From: Candidatus Rariloculaceae bacterium
GTDB taxonomy: Bacteria; Pseudomonadota; Gammaproteobacteria; Steroidobacterales; Rariloculaceae
Assembly (NCBI GenBank): GCA_965204155.1
Contig: OZ241971.1
Span: 3,072,205-3,136,204 of the forward strand
Length of the DNA stretch: 64,000 nt
Reading direction: 5' to 3'
The translations under genes and the position numbers were made by a program. The notes below the pieces were generated by a model. It was not told the DNA's origin. It saw nothing but the letters and a program-made list of their open reading frames with translations, and did not search any database. Below are positions 28,068-37,077 of this stretch, in pieces (position 1 is the stretch's first letter; each line of letters begins with the position of its first letter).

Positions 28068-31000
28068 TGCATCTGCGCCGTCTCAACATACACTCCTTGC
28101 CGGGAATCGAGCCGGGGTTCGACTTCGAGCCGGCAAGCGGCGGCGTCAACATCGTTACCGGCCCCAACGCGATCGGCAAGAGCAGCCTGGTAAGGGCGCT
28201 GAAGTACCTGCTTGCCGGCGTCGATCCGAAAAACGATCCGCCGGACCTGCACCTGGAAGCGGAATTCCTGAGCGGCGATGCGGGGTGGACCGTGCGCCGC
28301 ACCGGCCGGCAGGTCGTGTGGATGCGGGACGGTAACCCGGCGCCGCCGCCCGCGTTGCCGGGCGCCGGTCAGTTCGGGCTCTACAGGCTGTCCGTGGAAA
28401 GCCTGCTGGCGGACGACAGCAGCGATGGGGAATTGGCCGACCATCTCTGGCGCGCCGTGCGGGGTGGATTCGATCTCGACCGCGCGCGCACGAAGGATAT
28501 CGGTCCGCTTTTCGCAATCCACGAAGGAAGGAACCTGCGAAATGCCAGCGGTGCGCTCTCCAACGTGCGGAGCGAATACGTGGCCTTGCACCGTCAGGAG
28601 GCGGAGTTACCCGGACTGGAGGGGCAAATTCACGAGGCGACTCGGGCGGGCATCCAGCGCGAGCGGCTCAATACGGCGCTGGAACTGCATGCGTCCCTCA
28701 GCCGCCGCCGCGAGTGCGCCGCGGCGCTCGTAGCGTTTCCGCCCGGAATGGAGAAGCTGCATGGCGACGAGATTGTGCGTCTCGACCAGCTCGACGCCAG
28801 GGCAGCGGGTCTGGAAGAGGAGTTGGAGGAGGCACGGCGTGGGCTCTCCGCCGCGGAGCGGGAGCTTGAGCGGACGGGATTGAGGGACAAGCGCCCCACG
28901 GCTGAGCGGATGGCGCAGGTCAAGGATCTGTTGCGGCGCGTCGGCGAAGACGCCTTGAAGCGCGACGCTGTGTTGGAGGCGCTGGAAGGGGCAAGGTCGA
29001 GCGTCGCCGACGCCCTCGCGGAGTTTCATGGTGAAGGCCAGCCGCCCAGGCTTGACGAATCCGCGTTGCGGCGGGCCCAGGCAATCATCGAGCCGCTGGG
29101 TGAAAGGCAGGAGCAGCGGCGCAAGCTGCTGCAAGCGCTGGACATGGCCGGCGACCCGCCCGACGATTCGAAGATCGGCCGGCTTCGCGAGGGCAGTGAC
29201 GCGTTGCGCCGCTGGTTGGCGGCGCAACCGGTCGGGGAGGGCGGAGGCGTCCCGGCATGGGTGTCGAATGTGGTCCTGACCGCGTGGTGGGCCACAGTGA
29301 CATTGGGTGGGACCACCGCGCTGGCAGCCGTCTGGGCGGAAGCGTGGTCGGTCGCTACCGCGTCCGGGTTAATCGTGATGATGCTGGTCGCCGTGATGAT
29401 TCTGTCGAGGAGCGTTAACTCGCAGATTTCAGAGCGAAGCAAGGCCGCGAGGGAGCGTTATGGCGAGACGGGCCTCGATTCGCCGCCCACGTGGGACCGC
29501 GACGCGGTACGCGATCACTTGCGGTCCGAGGTGGAGGGACCCTTGATCCAACTGCTGTTGCGGCGGGAACGGGCCGCAAGCGTCCCGGAGTTGCGTGCCG
29601 AAATCGACCGGGTCGAAGCGGAAATCGACGATTTGGAAACGGGCAGGCGTGATCTCGCGTCGGAGATCGGCATCGACCCGGCGTTGACCGGTGCCCCGTT
29701 TGTCCGGTTCGCCGCGGTGACCGACAAGTGGGATACGGCGCGTGCGAAGCTTGCCGAGCGGCAGGCGGAACTCAAGGTGATCGAGGCACGGATTGCTGAA
29801 AATGCCGCGCATGTTCGCGAGTGGCTTGAGCCATGGCGGGGACAGGACGACCCACTGATCGAGAACTCCGACACTACAACGAAATTGGGCGCGTCGAGCG
29901 TCGCTGACGCGCTGCGCGTTGCGTTTGAGACCCTGGAAGTGCGTCTGTCCAGGGCGCGGGAGGCGGAGCGCGAGATGGAGTCGAAACTGGACAGCATCGA
30001 CTCGCTGCGGAAGCGGATCGACTCCGACGAGTCGGAACGCACCAGCCTGTACTCCCGTGCGGGACTTGAGGCTGGCGCGCGCGCCGAGCTTGCCCGGAGG
30101 CTCGATCGTCTGAAGGATTGGGGCATGGCGCGGGAGGCCCTAGTCCTGGCGCAAAATGACGAGCGGCGATTGAGGGAAACGCTGGCGGACGATGCGGCGC
30201 CGGCGGACGCGTCAGCGCCGTCAGATGGGTCGGCGCTGATCCAGGCGGTCGAGAGCGATTCCGTCGAGACACTACAGCTCGAATTGCAGGCTGCGGCGGA
30301 ACGGGCCGACGAGTACACGGAGCTGATTCAGCGGCAGGCGGCAATCAACGAGCGGCTCGATTCGGCGCGCAAGAGTCACCGCGTGGAACAGGCCGCCGGT
30401 GAGCTTGGGCGGGCGGAGGAGGCGTTGCGGGACAAGCGCGACACGGCCCTGGTGCATGCCGCGACCGATGTGTTGCTGGACGACGTCGAGCACGCGTTCA
30501 GGACCGATCGCGAACCCGATCTGTTGCGCAGGGCGCGGGAACGCTTCGAGGGGGTCACGGCTTACCACTTTACGCTGGAGCTTTCCGACAGGACCGGCTT
30601 TACGGCCCGTGATCTTCGGCAAGGGCAATTGCGTTCGCCCGCCCGGCTCTCCTCCGGCACGCGGATGCAACTGCTGCTCTCGTTACGGCTGGCCTGGATC
30701 GAGGACCTCGAAACGGGTAGCGAACGGCTGCCGCTGTTTCTCGACGAGGCGCTAACCACCAGCGACGAGGAGCGATTCGCCGTGATGGCACAGACGCTTT
30801 CGCGCCTGGCGGAAACCGAGCGGCGCCAGGTCTTCTACTTGTCGGCCCGCCGCCATGAGGCCGCGTTATGGGAGCGGGCCACCGGCGAGGCGCCGGCGCT
30901 AATCGATCTGGCCGCCATCCGGTACGGTGCATCCACGCCCGGGAACGGCCTCCCGGCTGTCGAGCCGCCGCCGGAAATTCCTCCGCCGGGAGACGATGAC

Positions 31001-31603
31001 GGGGAAATGTATGCTGCGCGCCTTGGCGTGCCCCTGGTCAATCCCACGGTTGACGCCGGCGGGGTGCACCTCTTCCATCTGCTCCGCGACGACCTTGACC
31101 TGTTGCACCGGCTCCTGGATTCCTGGCGCATCGGCACGTTGGGACAACTGGAGTCGTTGTTGGCCAGCGACGCGGCTCCAGGCGCGCTCTCCGACCGCCA
31201 GACTCGACAGCGGCTGGTGCTGAGGTGCCAGGCCGCACGGTCGTGGACCGAATTATGGCGCCAGGGGCGTGGAATGCCCGTGGACAGGGTGGCCCTTGAG
31301 GAGTGCGATGCCGTTACCGACGTTTTCCTTGAGGGCGCCGCGGAACTCGCGAAGGAACTTGAGGGCGACCCCGCAGAGTTTGTCGCCGCTCTGCGCGCCC
31401 GGCGCCTGAAGCGATTCCAATCGGGCCAGACGGACAAGCTGGAGGAATGGCTGGCCGAGAAGGGCTACATTGACGACGCGGAGATTCTCGATCCTGAAGA
31501 GCGCCGCCGACTAACGCTACAGCGTGTCGTCCCTCCCACGCAGACGGACGCCGAAGATGTCCATCGCGTCGTCGATTGGATGGAGTCCGCAGTCGTTTCC
31601 TGA
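28067..31603 (+). CDS. Rad50/SbcC/YhaN-like SMC-type ATPase with central TM hairpin and unassigned C-terminal domain
   Basis: ORF 27869..31603, trimmed to the ATG at 28067: MHLRRLNIHSLPGIEPGFDFEPASGGVNIVTGPNAIGKSSLVRAL (Walker A). Long E/R/A/L-rich coiled-coil. Two hydrophobic helices at about aa 395-447 (WVSNVVLTAWWATVTLGGTTALAAVW...GLIVMMLVAVMILS). Signature-like LSSGTRMQLLLSLRLA and Walker B LPLFLDEALTTSD. About 230 further aa carry no motif I recognise. Confidence 0.85.
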   Translation: MHLRRLNIHSLPGIEPGFDFEPASGGVNIVTGPNAIGKSSLVRALKYLLAGVDPKNDPPDLHLEAEFLSGDAGWTVRRTGRQVVWMRDGNPAPPPALPGAGQFGLYRLSVESLLADDSSDGELADHLWRAVRGGFDLDRARTKDIGPLFAIHEGRNLRNASGALSNVRSEYVALHRQEAELPGLEGQIHEATRAGIQRERLNTALELHASLSRRRECAAALVAFPPGMEKLHGDEIVRLDQLDARAAGLEEELEEARRGLSAAERELERTGLRDKRPTAERMAQVKDLLRRVGEDALKRDAVLEALEGARSSVADALAEFHGEGQPPRLDESALRRAQAIIEPLGERQEQRRKLLQALDMAGDPPDDSKIGRLREGSDALRRWLAAQPVGEGGGVPAWVSNVVLTAWWATVTLGGTTALAAVWAEAWSVATASGLIVMMLVAVMILSRSVNSQISERSKAARERYGETGLDSPPTWDRDAVRDHLRSEVEGPLIQLLLRRERAASVPELRAEIDRVEAEIDDLETGRRDLASEIGIDPALTGAPFVRFAAVTDKWDTARAKLAERQAELKVIEARIAENAAHVREWLEPWRGQDDPLIENSDTTTKLGASSVADALRVAFETLEVRLSRAREAEREMESKLDSIDSLRKRIDSDESERTSLYSRAGLEAGARAELARRLDRLKDWGMAREALVLAQNDERRLRETLADDAAPADASAPSDGSALIQAVESDSVETLQLELQAAAERADEYTELIQRQAAINERLDSARKSHRVEQAAGELGRAEEALRDKRDTALVHAATDVLLDDVEHAFRTDREPDLLRRARERFEGVTAYHFTLELSDRTGFTARDLRQGQLRSPARLSSGTRMQLLLSLRLAWIEDLETGSERLPLFLDEALTTSDEERFAVMAQTLSRLAETERRQVFYLSARRHEAALWERATGEAPALIDLAAIRYGASTPGNGLPAVEPPPEIPPPGDDDGEMYAARLGVPLVNPTVDAGGVHLFHLLRDDLDLLHRLLDSWRIGTLGQLESLLASDAAPGALSDRQTRQRLVLRCQAARSWTELWRQGRGMPVDRVALEECDAVTDVFLEGAAELAKELEGDPAEFVAALRARRLKRFQSGQTDKLEEWLAEKGYIDDAEILDPEERRRLTLQRVVPPTQTDAEDVHRVVDWMESAVVS

Positions 31604-31659
31604 GCCGGAAACGGTTCTATCAAAATCTACGAGCAGGCAGCGCGGCGTGACCCGGTCGG

Positions 31660-32346
31660 CTACAGGGCCCGATACAACCGCTCGTCGTAGAGCGCCCCGC
31701 TCAGCGGATAGACACTGCTTCGAAACTCCCGGCTGTGCGCGGCGTCGATGTGTCCCAGCTGCGCCTCGGCGTTTTCCCATCGCTCCACGACACTGAAGTG
31801 GTTCATGCGATTGGATTGCACGAGTACTTCGAATCGTTCATTGCCGGCTTCGGCGAGGCTCGCGGTGGCCATCGTCTGAAGGTGCTCCCGGGCCGGTTCC
31901 ACGTTGTTGGGTGTGACGTCCACGTGTGTGACAGCGTAGACGGCATCGCCAGTCGGTTCGGTGTACTGGGTGTCGGCCACCATCTCGATGTGCAGGCGTT
32001 CGTCGTAGGGGCTGTAGAGCAGCGGCGCCAGGGCATCTCGGAAGGCCGTCGTGCGGGCCGAATCCCGGTGGGATTGCTGGGCTTCCAGGCTCGTCCATGT
32101 TTCCAGGAGAACGAAGTGGTTGGGGCGGTCGATGCGTTGAAGGGCTTCGAGCAGCATATTGCCCGCATCGCCGCGACCGGCCTCCACCTCGGCCGAGAGC
32201 AGTCCCACAGCCTGCTCGACGGACGAGGGCGAGACTTCGATATAGGTGACGACGAAGGCAGTGGAGTCGTCCTGCGCGCTGGTTTGCTGGACCAGAACGA
32301 GTGCCAATGCTGCACCAATGAGGGCGGTACGATGGATCAAATTCAT
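31660..32346 (-). CDS. Secreted protein with two tandem ABM (antibiotic-biosynthesis-monooxygenase/Dabb) domains
   Basis: 228 aa with signal peptide MNLIHRTALIGAALALVLVQQTSAQ. Two internal repeats (VVTYIEV...NHFVLLETWTSLEAQQSH / AVTHVDV...NHFSVVERWENAEAQLGH). Confidence 0.8.
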   Translation of the reverse strand: MNLIHRTALIGAALALVLVQQTSAQDDSTAFVVTYIEVSPSSVEQAVGLLSAEVEAGRGDAGNMLLEALQRIDRPNHFVLLETWTSLEAQQSHRDSARTTAFRDALAPLLYSPYDERLHIEMVADTQYTEPTGDAVYAVTHVDVTPNNVEPAREHLQTMATASLAEAGNERFEVLVQSNRMNHFSVVERWENAEAQLGHIDAAHSREFRSSVYPLSGALYDERLYRAL

Positions 32347-32496
32347 GTTATGAGCCTCGCGGTTTCTTGCGTGGACGATTCTACTCTCAATTCATGTGCA
32401 ACGTGCCTGGGGAAACGTGCCCGGAAAGATGCGCCCGTGAAACGGGGTTTGGGAAGTTTGGCAACTTCTACAGTGTTCGCCACGATGAGGTCTCGG

Positions 32497-33789
32497 TCAG
32501 GCCGTCCGGCGGCGTAAACCGGCATAGCGCCGCACGCGAATATCCGCCTGTTCCTTGTGTCCCATGAAGCCTTCGAGTTCGCATAACCTCGAACAATATT
32601 CACCGACTTCCAGGGAAGCCTCAGCTGTAACGCGCTGGTAGGTACAGGTCTTGATGAACTTCCCGACCCACAACCCGCCAGTATACCGGGCCGCCCGCCG
32701 GGTGGGCAGCGTGTGGTTGGTGCCGATCACCTTGTCGCCGTAAGCCACATTGGTCTCCGGGCCCAGGAACAGGGCGCCGTAGTTGGTCATGTTTTCCAGG
32801 AAGTAAGACGGATCGCGGGTCATGACCTGCACGTGTTCGGCGGCGATCCCGTCGGCTACCCGGACCATCTCGTCGACGCCCTCGCAGACGATGACCTGGC
32901 CATGATCCCGCCACGCGACGCCGGCGACATCCGCTGTCGGCAGGATGCCCAATTGGCACTCGACCTCCGCCATCGTCTCCCGCGCGAGCGAGTCGGAATC
33001 GGTGAGCAGGATGGCCGGCGAGGTGGGTCCGTGTTCCGCCTGGCCCAGCAGGTCCGCGGCGCAGAGTTCGCCGTCCACGCTGTCGTCGGCGATCACCAGG
33101 GTCTCTGTCGGCCCCGCCAGCAGGTCGATTCCCACACGCCCGAAGAGTTGCCGCTTGGCCTCCGCCACGTAGGCATTCCCGGGTCCGACGATCATGTCCA
33201 CCGGGTCGATGGTTTCGGTCCCCAGCGCCATCGCGGCCACGGCCTGCACGCCGCCGAGGCAGTAGATTTCATCGGCGCCGGCCATGTCCATGGCGGTGAC
33301 GATGGCTGCGCTGGGAGCGCCCCGATAGGGTGGCGCGGCGGCGGCGATTCGGCTGACCCCCGCCACCTTGGCGGTCACCACACTCATGTGGGCCGAAGCC
33401 ACCATGGGATACTTGCCGCCCGGTACGTAGCAGCCGACGCTGTTGACGGGCAGATTCCGGTGCCCCAGCACAACGCCCGGCAGCGTCTCGACTTCCACGT
33501 CGCGAAGCGCGTCCTTTTGCGCCTGGGCGAATTTCCGTATCTGGGCCTGGGCAAATCGAATGTCGTCGATCACCCGGCCCGGCAGCGAACGCCGGCAGGC
33601 CTCCACGGTGTCTGCGTCAAGGCGGAAGGAAGGCGGCGACCAGCGGTCAAATCGTTCGGAGTATTCGCGAAGCGCATCGTCCCCACGAGAGCCGATATCA
33701 GCGATGATCCGTTCGACCGCCTCGCGAACGCGATCGTCTTCCCGGGCCGTGACTTCGGCCGGCTGACCGCGTTTCAGGTAACGTGCCAT
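32497..33789 (-). CDS. Histidinol-dehydrogenase-family oxidoreductase (HisD paralog / HpsN-like)
   Basis: 430 aa with family motifs [34 protein letters not shown]. The MARYLK N-terminus and the absence of his-operon neighbours suggest a non-histidine substrate. Confidence 0.85.
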   Translation of the reverse strand: MARYLKRGQPAEVTAREDDRVREAVERIIADIGSRGDDALREYSERFDRWSPPSFRLDADTVEACRRSLPGRVIDDIRFAQAQIRKFAQAQKDALRDVEVETLPGVVLGHRNLPVNSVGCYVPGGKYPMVASAHMSVVTAKVAGVSRIAAAAPPYRGAPSAAIVTAMDMAGADEIYCLGGVQAVAAMALGTETIDPVDMIVGPGNAYVAEAKRQLFGRVGIDLLAGPTETLVIADDSVDGELCAADLLGQAEHGPTSPAILLTDSDSLARETMAEVECQLGILPTADVAGVAWRDHGQVIVCEGVDEMVRVADGIAAEHVQVMTRDPSYFLENMTNYGALFLGPETNVAYGDKVIGTNHTLPTRRAARYTGGLWVGKFIKTCTYQRVTAEASLEVGEYCSRLCELEGFMGHKEQADIRVRRYAGLRRRTA

Positions 33790-33925
33790 GGCGTTTCTCC
33801 AAAAAGATCGGCATCGTGTCCCGTTGGCGTTGGGCTCATGTCAAATTCGGGACAGACGGCGATTGTACCGTCAGAATTCCCGGCGTGCCGATGATCAAGT
33901 GCTCTCGCACGACAGGCGTGTTGCA

Positions 33926-33984
33926 CACGACCGGCCAACGCCGGGATCGCGTAGTACACGACCGGCCGGGACCGCGTAGTACAC
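33926..33984. repeat. Imperfect tandem direct repeat in the divergent promoter region (candidate operator)
   Basis: cacgaccggcc(aacgcc)gggatcgcgtagta is followed directly by cacgaccggcc-gggaccgcgtagta-cac. It lies 29 nt upstream of the ATG at 34013. Confidence 0.45.
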
Positions 33985-34012
33985 TGTGACAAAACAAGTC
34001 CAGGGAACCTGC

Positions 34013-35065
34013 ATGCTGAATATTCGCTGCCTTGCCGTACTGACTGTCGCGGCCGTGCCTGTATGTCCTGCTGCCCTGGCGCACCACGCCGCCGGGGCCG
34101 TTTTCACCGACGAGGAAATCGAGGTTGAAGGCGTGGTGGCCGAGTACAATTTCGTTAATCCGCACGTCAACATCATGCTCAAAGTGACGGACGAGAGTGG
34201 AGCCGAGACCCTTTGGATGGTCACGGGTCCGGCCGCGCCGCCGATGCGCCGCTGGGGGTGGACCCCGGAGACCTTGCAGCCCGGCCAGTTGATCCGGTTT
34301 GCCGGCAAGAGCAGCCGCACCGGCGCGCCCATGCTCCTCATCGAATCCGCCGAAATTCAAAGCGGCCGATTCGTCGAACTCGATCCGGCGGACGGTTCGA
34401 TCATTCGCCGCCTGCAGGAAGCGCCCGACAACAGCCAGGCGCCGGATGCGAGCCTGTCCGTGGCGCTGACGCTGGACGACGGGCGACCGAACCTGGCCGG
34501 CATGTGGCTCGGCGGCCTGGGTCGCAGACCCAACCCGCCGCCACCCTTCAACGAGGCCGGAGCCGCGCTGCAGTCTGAATTCGATGCGCTGAACGACCCG
34601 GCGTTTGCGGAGTGCGCCGACCACGGCCTGGTGCGCCAGGCCATGTCGGGACATCCGCTGCGAATCACCCAGAACGACGATCACCTGGTCTTCGAATACG
34701 AACAGGGTGCAGCTACTCGCACCATCCATCTGGATGGGCGCGCCCCAGTGTCGGACGGGCACACGGACTACGGTCATCACGTGGCCCGGTACGAGGGCGA
34801 TGCACTGGTGATTGAATCATCGCAACTCCTCGGGCGGCTCACCGGCACGCGGGGCAACGCGCTCAGCGACAGCAGTACGGTCACGGAAACCTATCGGCGT
34901 GCCAATTCGCCTGAATTCGGCGCGTTATTGGAAATGACCCTGGTCGTCAACGACCCGGAGCACCTGACGGGTCCGTGGCAGATGTCCTGGCAGAAAAACC
35001 ATGCGGCCACGTACTATCAGTTCGTCGAAGTCGATTGCGCTTTGCCGTTGCCGCCCGGGGCATGA
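34013..35065 (+). CDS. Secreted fused HH-module + barrel-module protein, unknown function
   Basis: ORF 33986..35065, trimmed to MLNIRCLAVLTVAAVPVCPAALA|HHAAGAVFTDEEIEVEGVVAEYNFVNPHVNIMLKV. C-terminal half: AECADHG...GHHVARYEGDALVIESS...VEVDCALP. Confidence 0.8.
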   Translation: MLNIRCLAVLTVAAVPVCPAALAHHAAGAVFTDEEIEVEGVVAEYNFVNPHVNIMLKVTDESGAETLWMVTGPAAPPMRRWGWTPETLQPGQLIRFAGKSSRTGAPMLLIESAEIQSGRFVELDPADGSIIRRLQEAPDNSQAPDASLSVALTLDDGRPNLAGMWLGGLGRRPNPPPPFNEAGAALQSEFDALNDPAFAECADHGLVRQAMSGHPLRITQNDDHLVFEYEQGAATRTIHLDGRAPVSDGHTDYGHHVARYEGDALVIESSQLLGRLTGTRGNALSDSSTVTETYRRANSPEFGALLEMTLVVNDPEHLTGPWQMSWQKNHAATYYQFVEVDCALPLPPGA

Positions 35066-35120
35066 TCCGCGCTGTCGTAACTCCATGAAGTACCGAAACC
35101 GGTTCAGGAGCGGTTTGACC

Positions 35121-36149
35121 ATGAGAACGATTCATTCCTGGCTTCCTCTTGCAGCCGGTTCCCTGGTCCTGGCGGTTCCCGCCCTGACGCTTGCACACCA
35201 CGGAATCGGTGCGCAGTTCGACCTTTCAAGCTCGATCGAGCTGCAGGGCGAGCTGGAACGGGTCCTTTGGCGCAATCCTCATGTGCGGCTCACCCTGCGT
35301 GTGACCAACGACGCAGGCGGCGAGGAATTCTGGGAAGTCGAGGCACAGTCGGTCAGCATGTTGCGTCAGCGGGATATCGTCGAAGTGCTCCTCGAAGAGG
35401 GCGACTCGATCTCGCTCGTGGGCAATCCGGCGCACGGTGGCGCCACCGAAATCTACGTGACCAATGTGCTGCTTCCCGATGGTCGCGAGCTTCTCTTTTC
35501 CCAGGGTGCGGAGCCGTACTGGAACGACGCGGCGCTGGGTACGACGGGGCCGCGGTTCGTACGGGAAGGGGACGGGACGGCGCCTGAACTGGGACTCTTC
35601 CGGCCCTGGACCGGTGCATCGCCGCAGGCGTTCTACAGGGGCCTGCCGATGGAAAGTCCGCCGCTCACCGAGCAGGCGCTGGCGTCCGCTCAGGCCTACG
35701 ATCCGGTTACCGACAACGCGGGCACAGGTGAATGCACACCCAAGGGTATGCCGGGGATCATGTCTAACCCGTATCCGCGGGAGTTCGTCGATCAGGGCGA
35801 CACGATTGTCATGCGCCTGGAGGAGTACGACACGGTTCGCACCATTCACATGACCGAAACGGCCCCGGGCGCACCTTCCATGCTTGGCCATTCGGTTGGC
35901 CGGTGGGATGAAGACACGCTGGTCGTGAACACGACCCACTTTGGTCCCCAACTGTTTCGTCAAGGTATCTGGCTCAGCGAGGATCTTGAGATCATTGAGC
36001 GCATTACGCCGAGTGCCGATGGAAGCCGTCTGCACTACGAGGCCACCGCCACGGATCCTGCCGCGTTTGTCGAGCCCATCGAATTTTCGGCGCAATGGAT
36101 TTATGTGCCGGGTGTCACCGTCGAGCCCTACGATTGCATCGACGGATGA
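35121..36149 (+). CDS. Secreted fused HH-module + barrel-module protein, unknown function
   Basis: ORF 35001..36149, trimmed to MRTIHSWLPLAAGSLVLAVPALTLA|HHGIGAQFDLSSSIELQGELERVLWRNPHVRLTLRV. C-terminal half: GECTPKGMPGIMSNPYPREF...GHSVGRWDEDTLVVNTTHF...EPYDCID. An alternative ATG exists at 35085. Confidence 0.8.
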   Translation: MRTIHSWLPLAAGSLVLAVPALTLAHHGIGAQFDLSSSIELQGELERVLWRNPHVRLTLRVTNDAGGEEFWEVEAQSVSMLRQRDIVEVLLEEGDSISLVGNPAHGGATEIYVTNVLLPDGRELLFSQGAEPYWNDAALGTTGPRFVREGDGTAPELGLFRPWTGASPQAFYRGLPMESPPLTEQALASAQAYDPVTDNAGTGECTPKGMPGIMSNPYPREFVDQGDTIVMRLEEYDTVRTIHMTETAPGAPSMLGHSVGRWDEDTLVVNTTHFGPQLFRQGIWLSEDLEIIERITPSADGSRLHYEATATDPAAFVEPIEFSAQWIYVPGVTVEPYDCIDG

Positions 36150-36200
36150 CGAACCGCAGGCTATTCACGTAATTCCGGCCAGAACAGGATCGACACTGGC

Positions 36201-36965
36201 ATGAATTCATCGACCGGCACTCCCGGCGGCGCAAAATGGGACCTGAGCGGACGTGTGGCGCTGATCTCCGGCGGCAGCCGCGGCATCGGGGCAGCTTGCG
36301 CCGAAGCCATGGTCGATGCCGGCGCGCGGGTGATCGCGGTGGCGAGAAATCAGGGCGATCTGGACCGGCTGCGCGACCGGTTGGGCAGCGCCGTGGAAAC
36401 CTGGGCCGAGGACGTCAATGATTCGGCATTTCACCGTCGCGTTGAGCGCCTTGAGCAATTGGACATTCTGTTCAACAACGCGGGCACGAATGCTCCGCAG
36501 CCCTTCATCGACACTCCGGAAGAGGTCGTGGACGAGATGATCGCCGTCAACGTGCGGGCGATGTTCCTTACGGCCCAGAGCGCTGCGCGGGTGATGCTCC
36601 GCGCTGCAAGAGGCGGTTCGATCATCAACATGTCATCGCAGATGGGGCACATCGGCGCGGCGAACCGCACGGTCTACTGCATGACCAAGCACGCCGTGGA
36701 GGGATTGACCAAGGCGCTGGGTGTCGAACTGGCGCCCCTCGGCATCCGCGTAAACAGCGTCGCGCCGACTTTCATCGAGACGCCCATGACAACGCCCATG
36801 TTCGAGAACAGAGCCTTCAAGCAGTGGGCGCTCGAATGCATCCCAATGGGCCGTATCGGCGAGCTTCGCGAGGTCGTCGCCGCCGTGATGTTTCTGGCGT
36901 CGCCGGATTCTTCGCTGATGACCGGCGCAAGCCTCAAGGTGGACGGCGGCTGGACCGCGCGCTAG
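36201..36965 (+). CDS. Short-chain dehydrogenase/reductase (SDR)
   Basis: 254 aa. Contains ISGGSRGIGAA (TGxxxGxG), NNAG, and S...YCMTKHA (catalytic YxxxK). Confidence 0.92.
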   Translation: MNSSTGTPGGAKWDLSGRVALISGGSRGIGAACAEAMVDAGARVIAVARNQGDLDRLRDRLGSAVETWAEDVNDSAFHRRVERLEQLDILFNNAGTNAPQPFIDTPEEVVDEMIAVNVRAMFLTAQSAARVMLRAARGGSIINMSSQMGHIGAANRTVYCMTKHAVEGLTKALGVELAPLGIRVNSVAPTFIETPMTTPMFENRAFKQWALECIPMGRIGELREVVAAVMFLASPDSSLMTGASLKVDGGWTAR

Positions 36966-37077
36966 CGCGCTGGTCTGGAGGGAAACCGGTGTCAGCCGGC
37001 GGGTCAATACGCTGCATGTATCGGTATTCGATCACGTGCGATTGACTGTAGACGTCCAGACGTCTTAACCTTTGCGG

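Noticed and set aside
35001-35120. Overlap of ORFs 33986..35065 and 35001..36149 as a possible programmed frameshift or gene fusion
   Set aside because: The second protein has its own complete signal peptide, starting at the ATG at 35121 and ending in ...ALTLA|HH, as in its paralogs. The real genes therefore do not overlap, and the overlap arises only because the track extends the ORF to the furthest upstream start.
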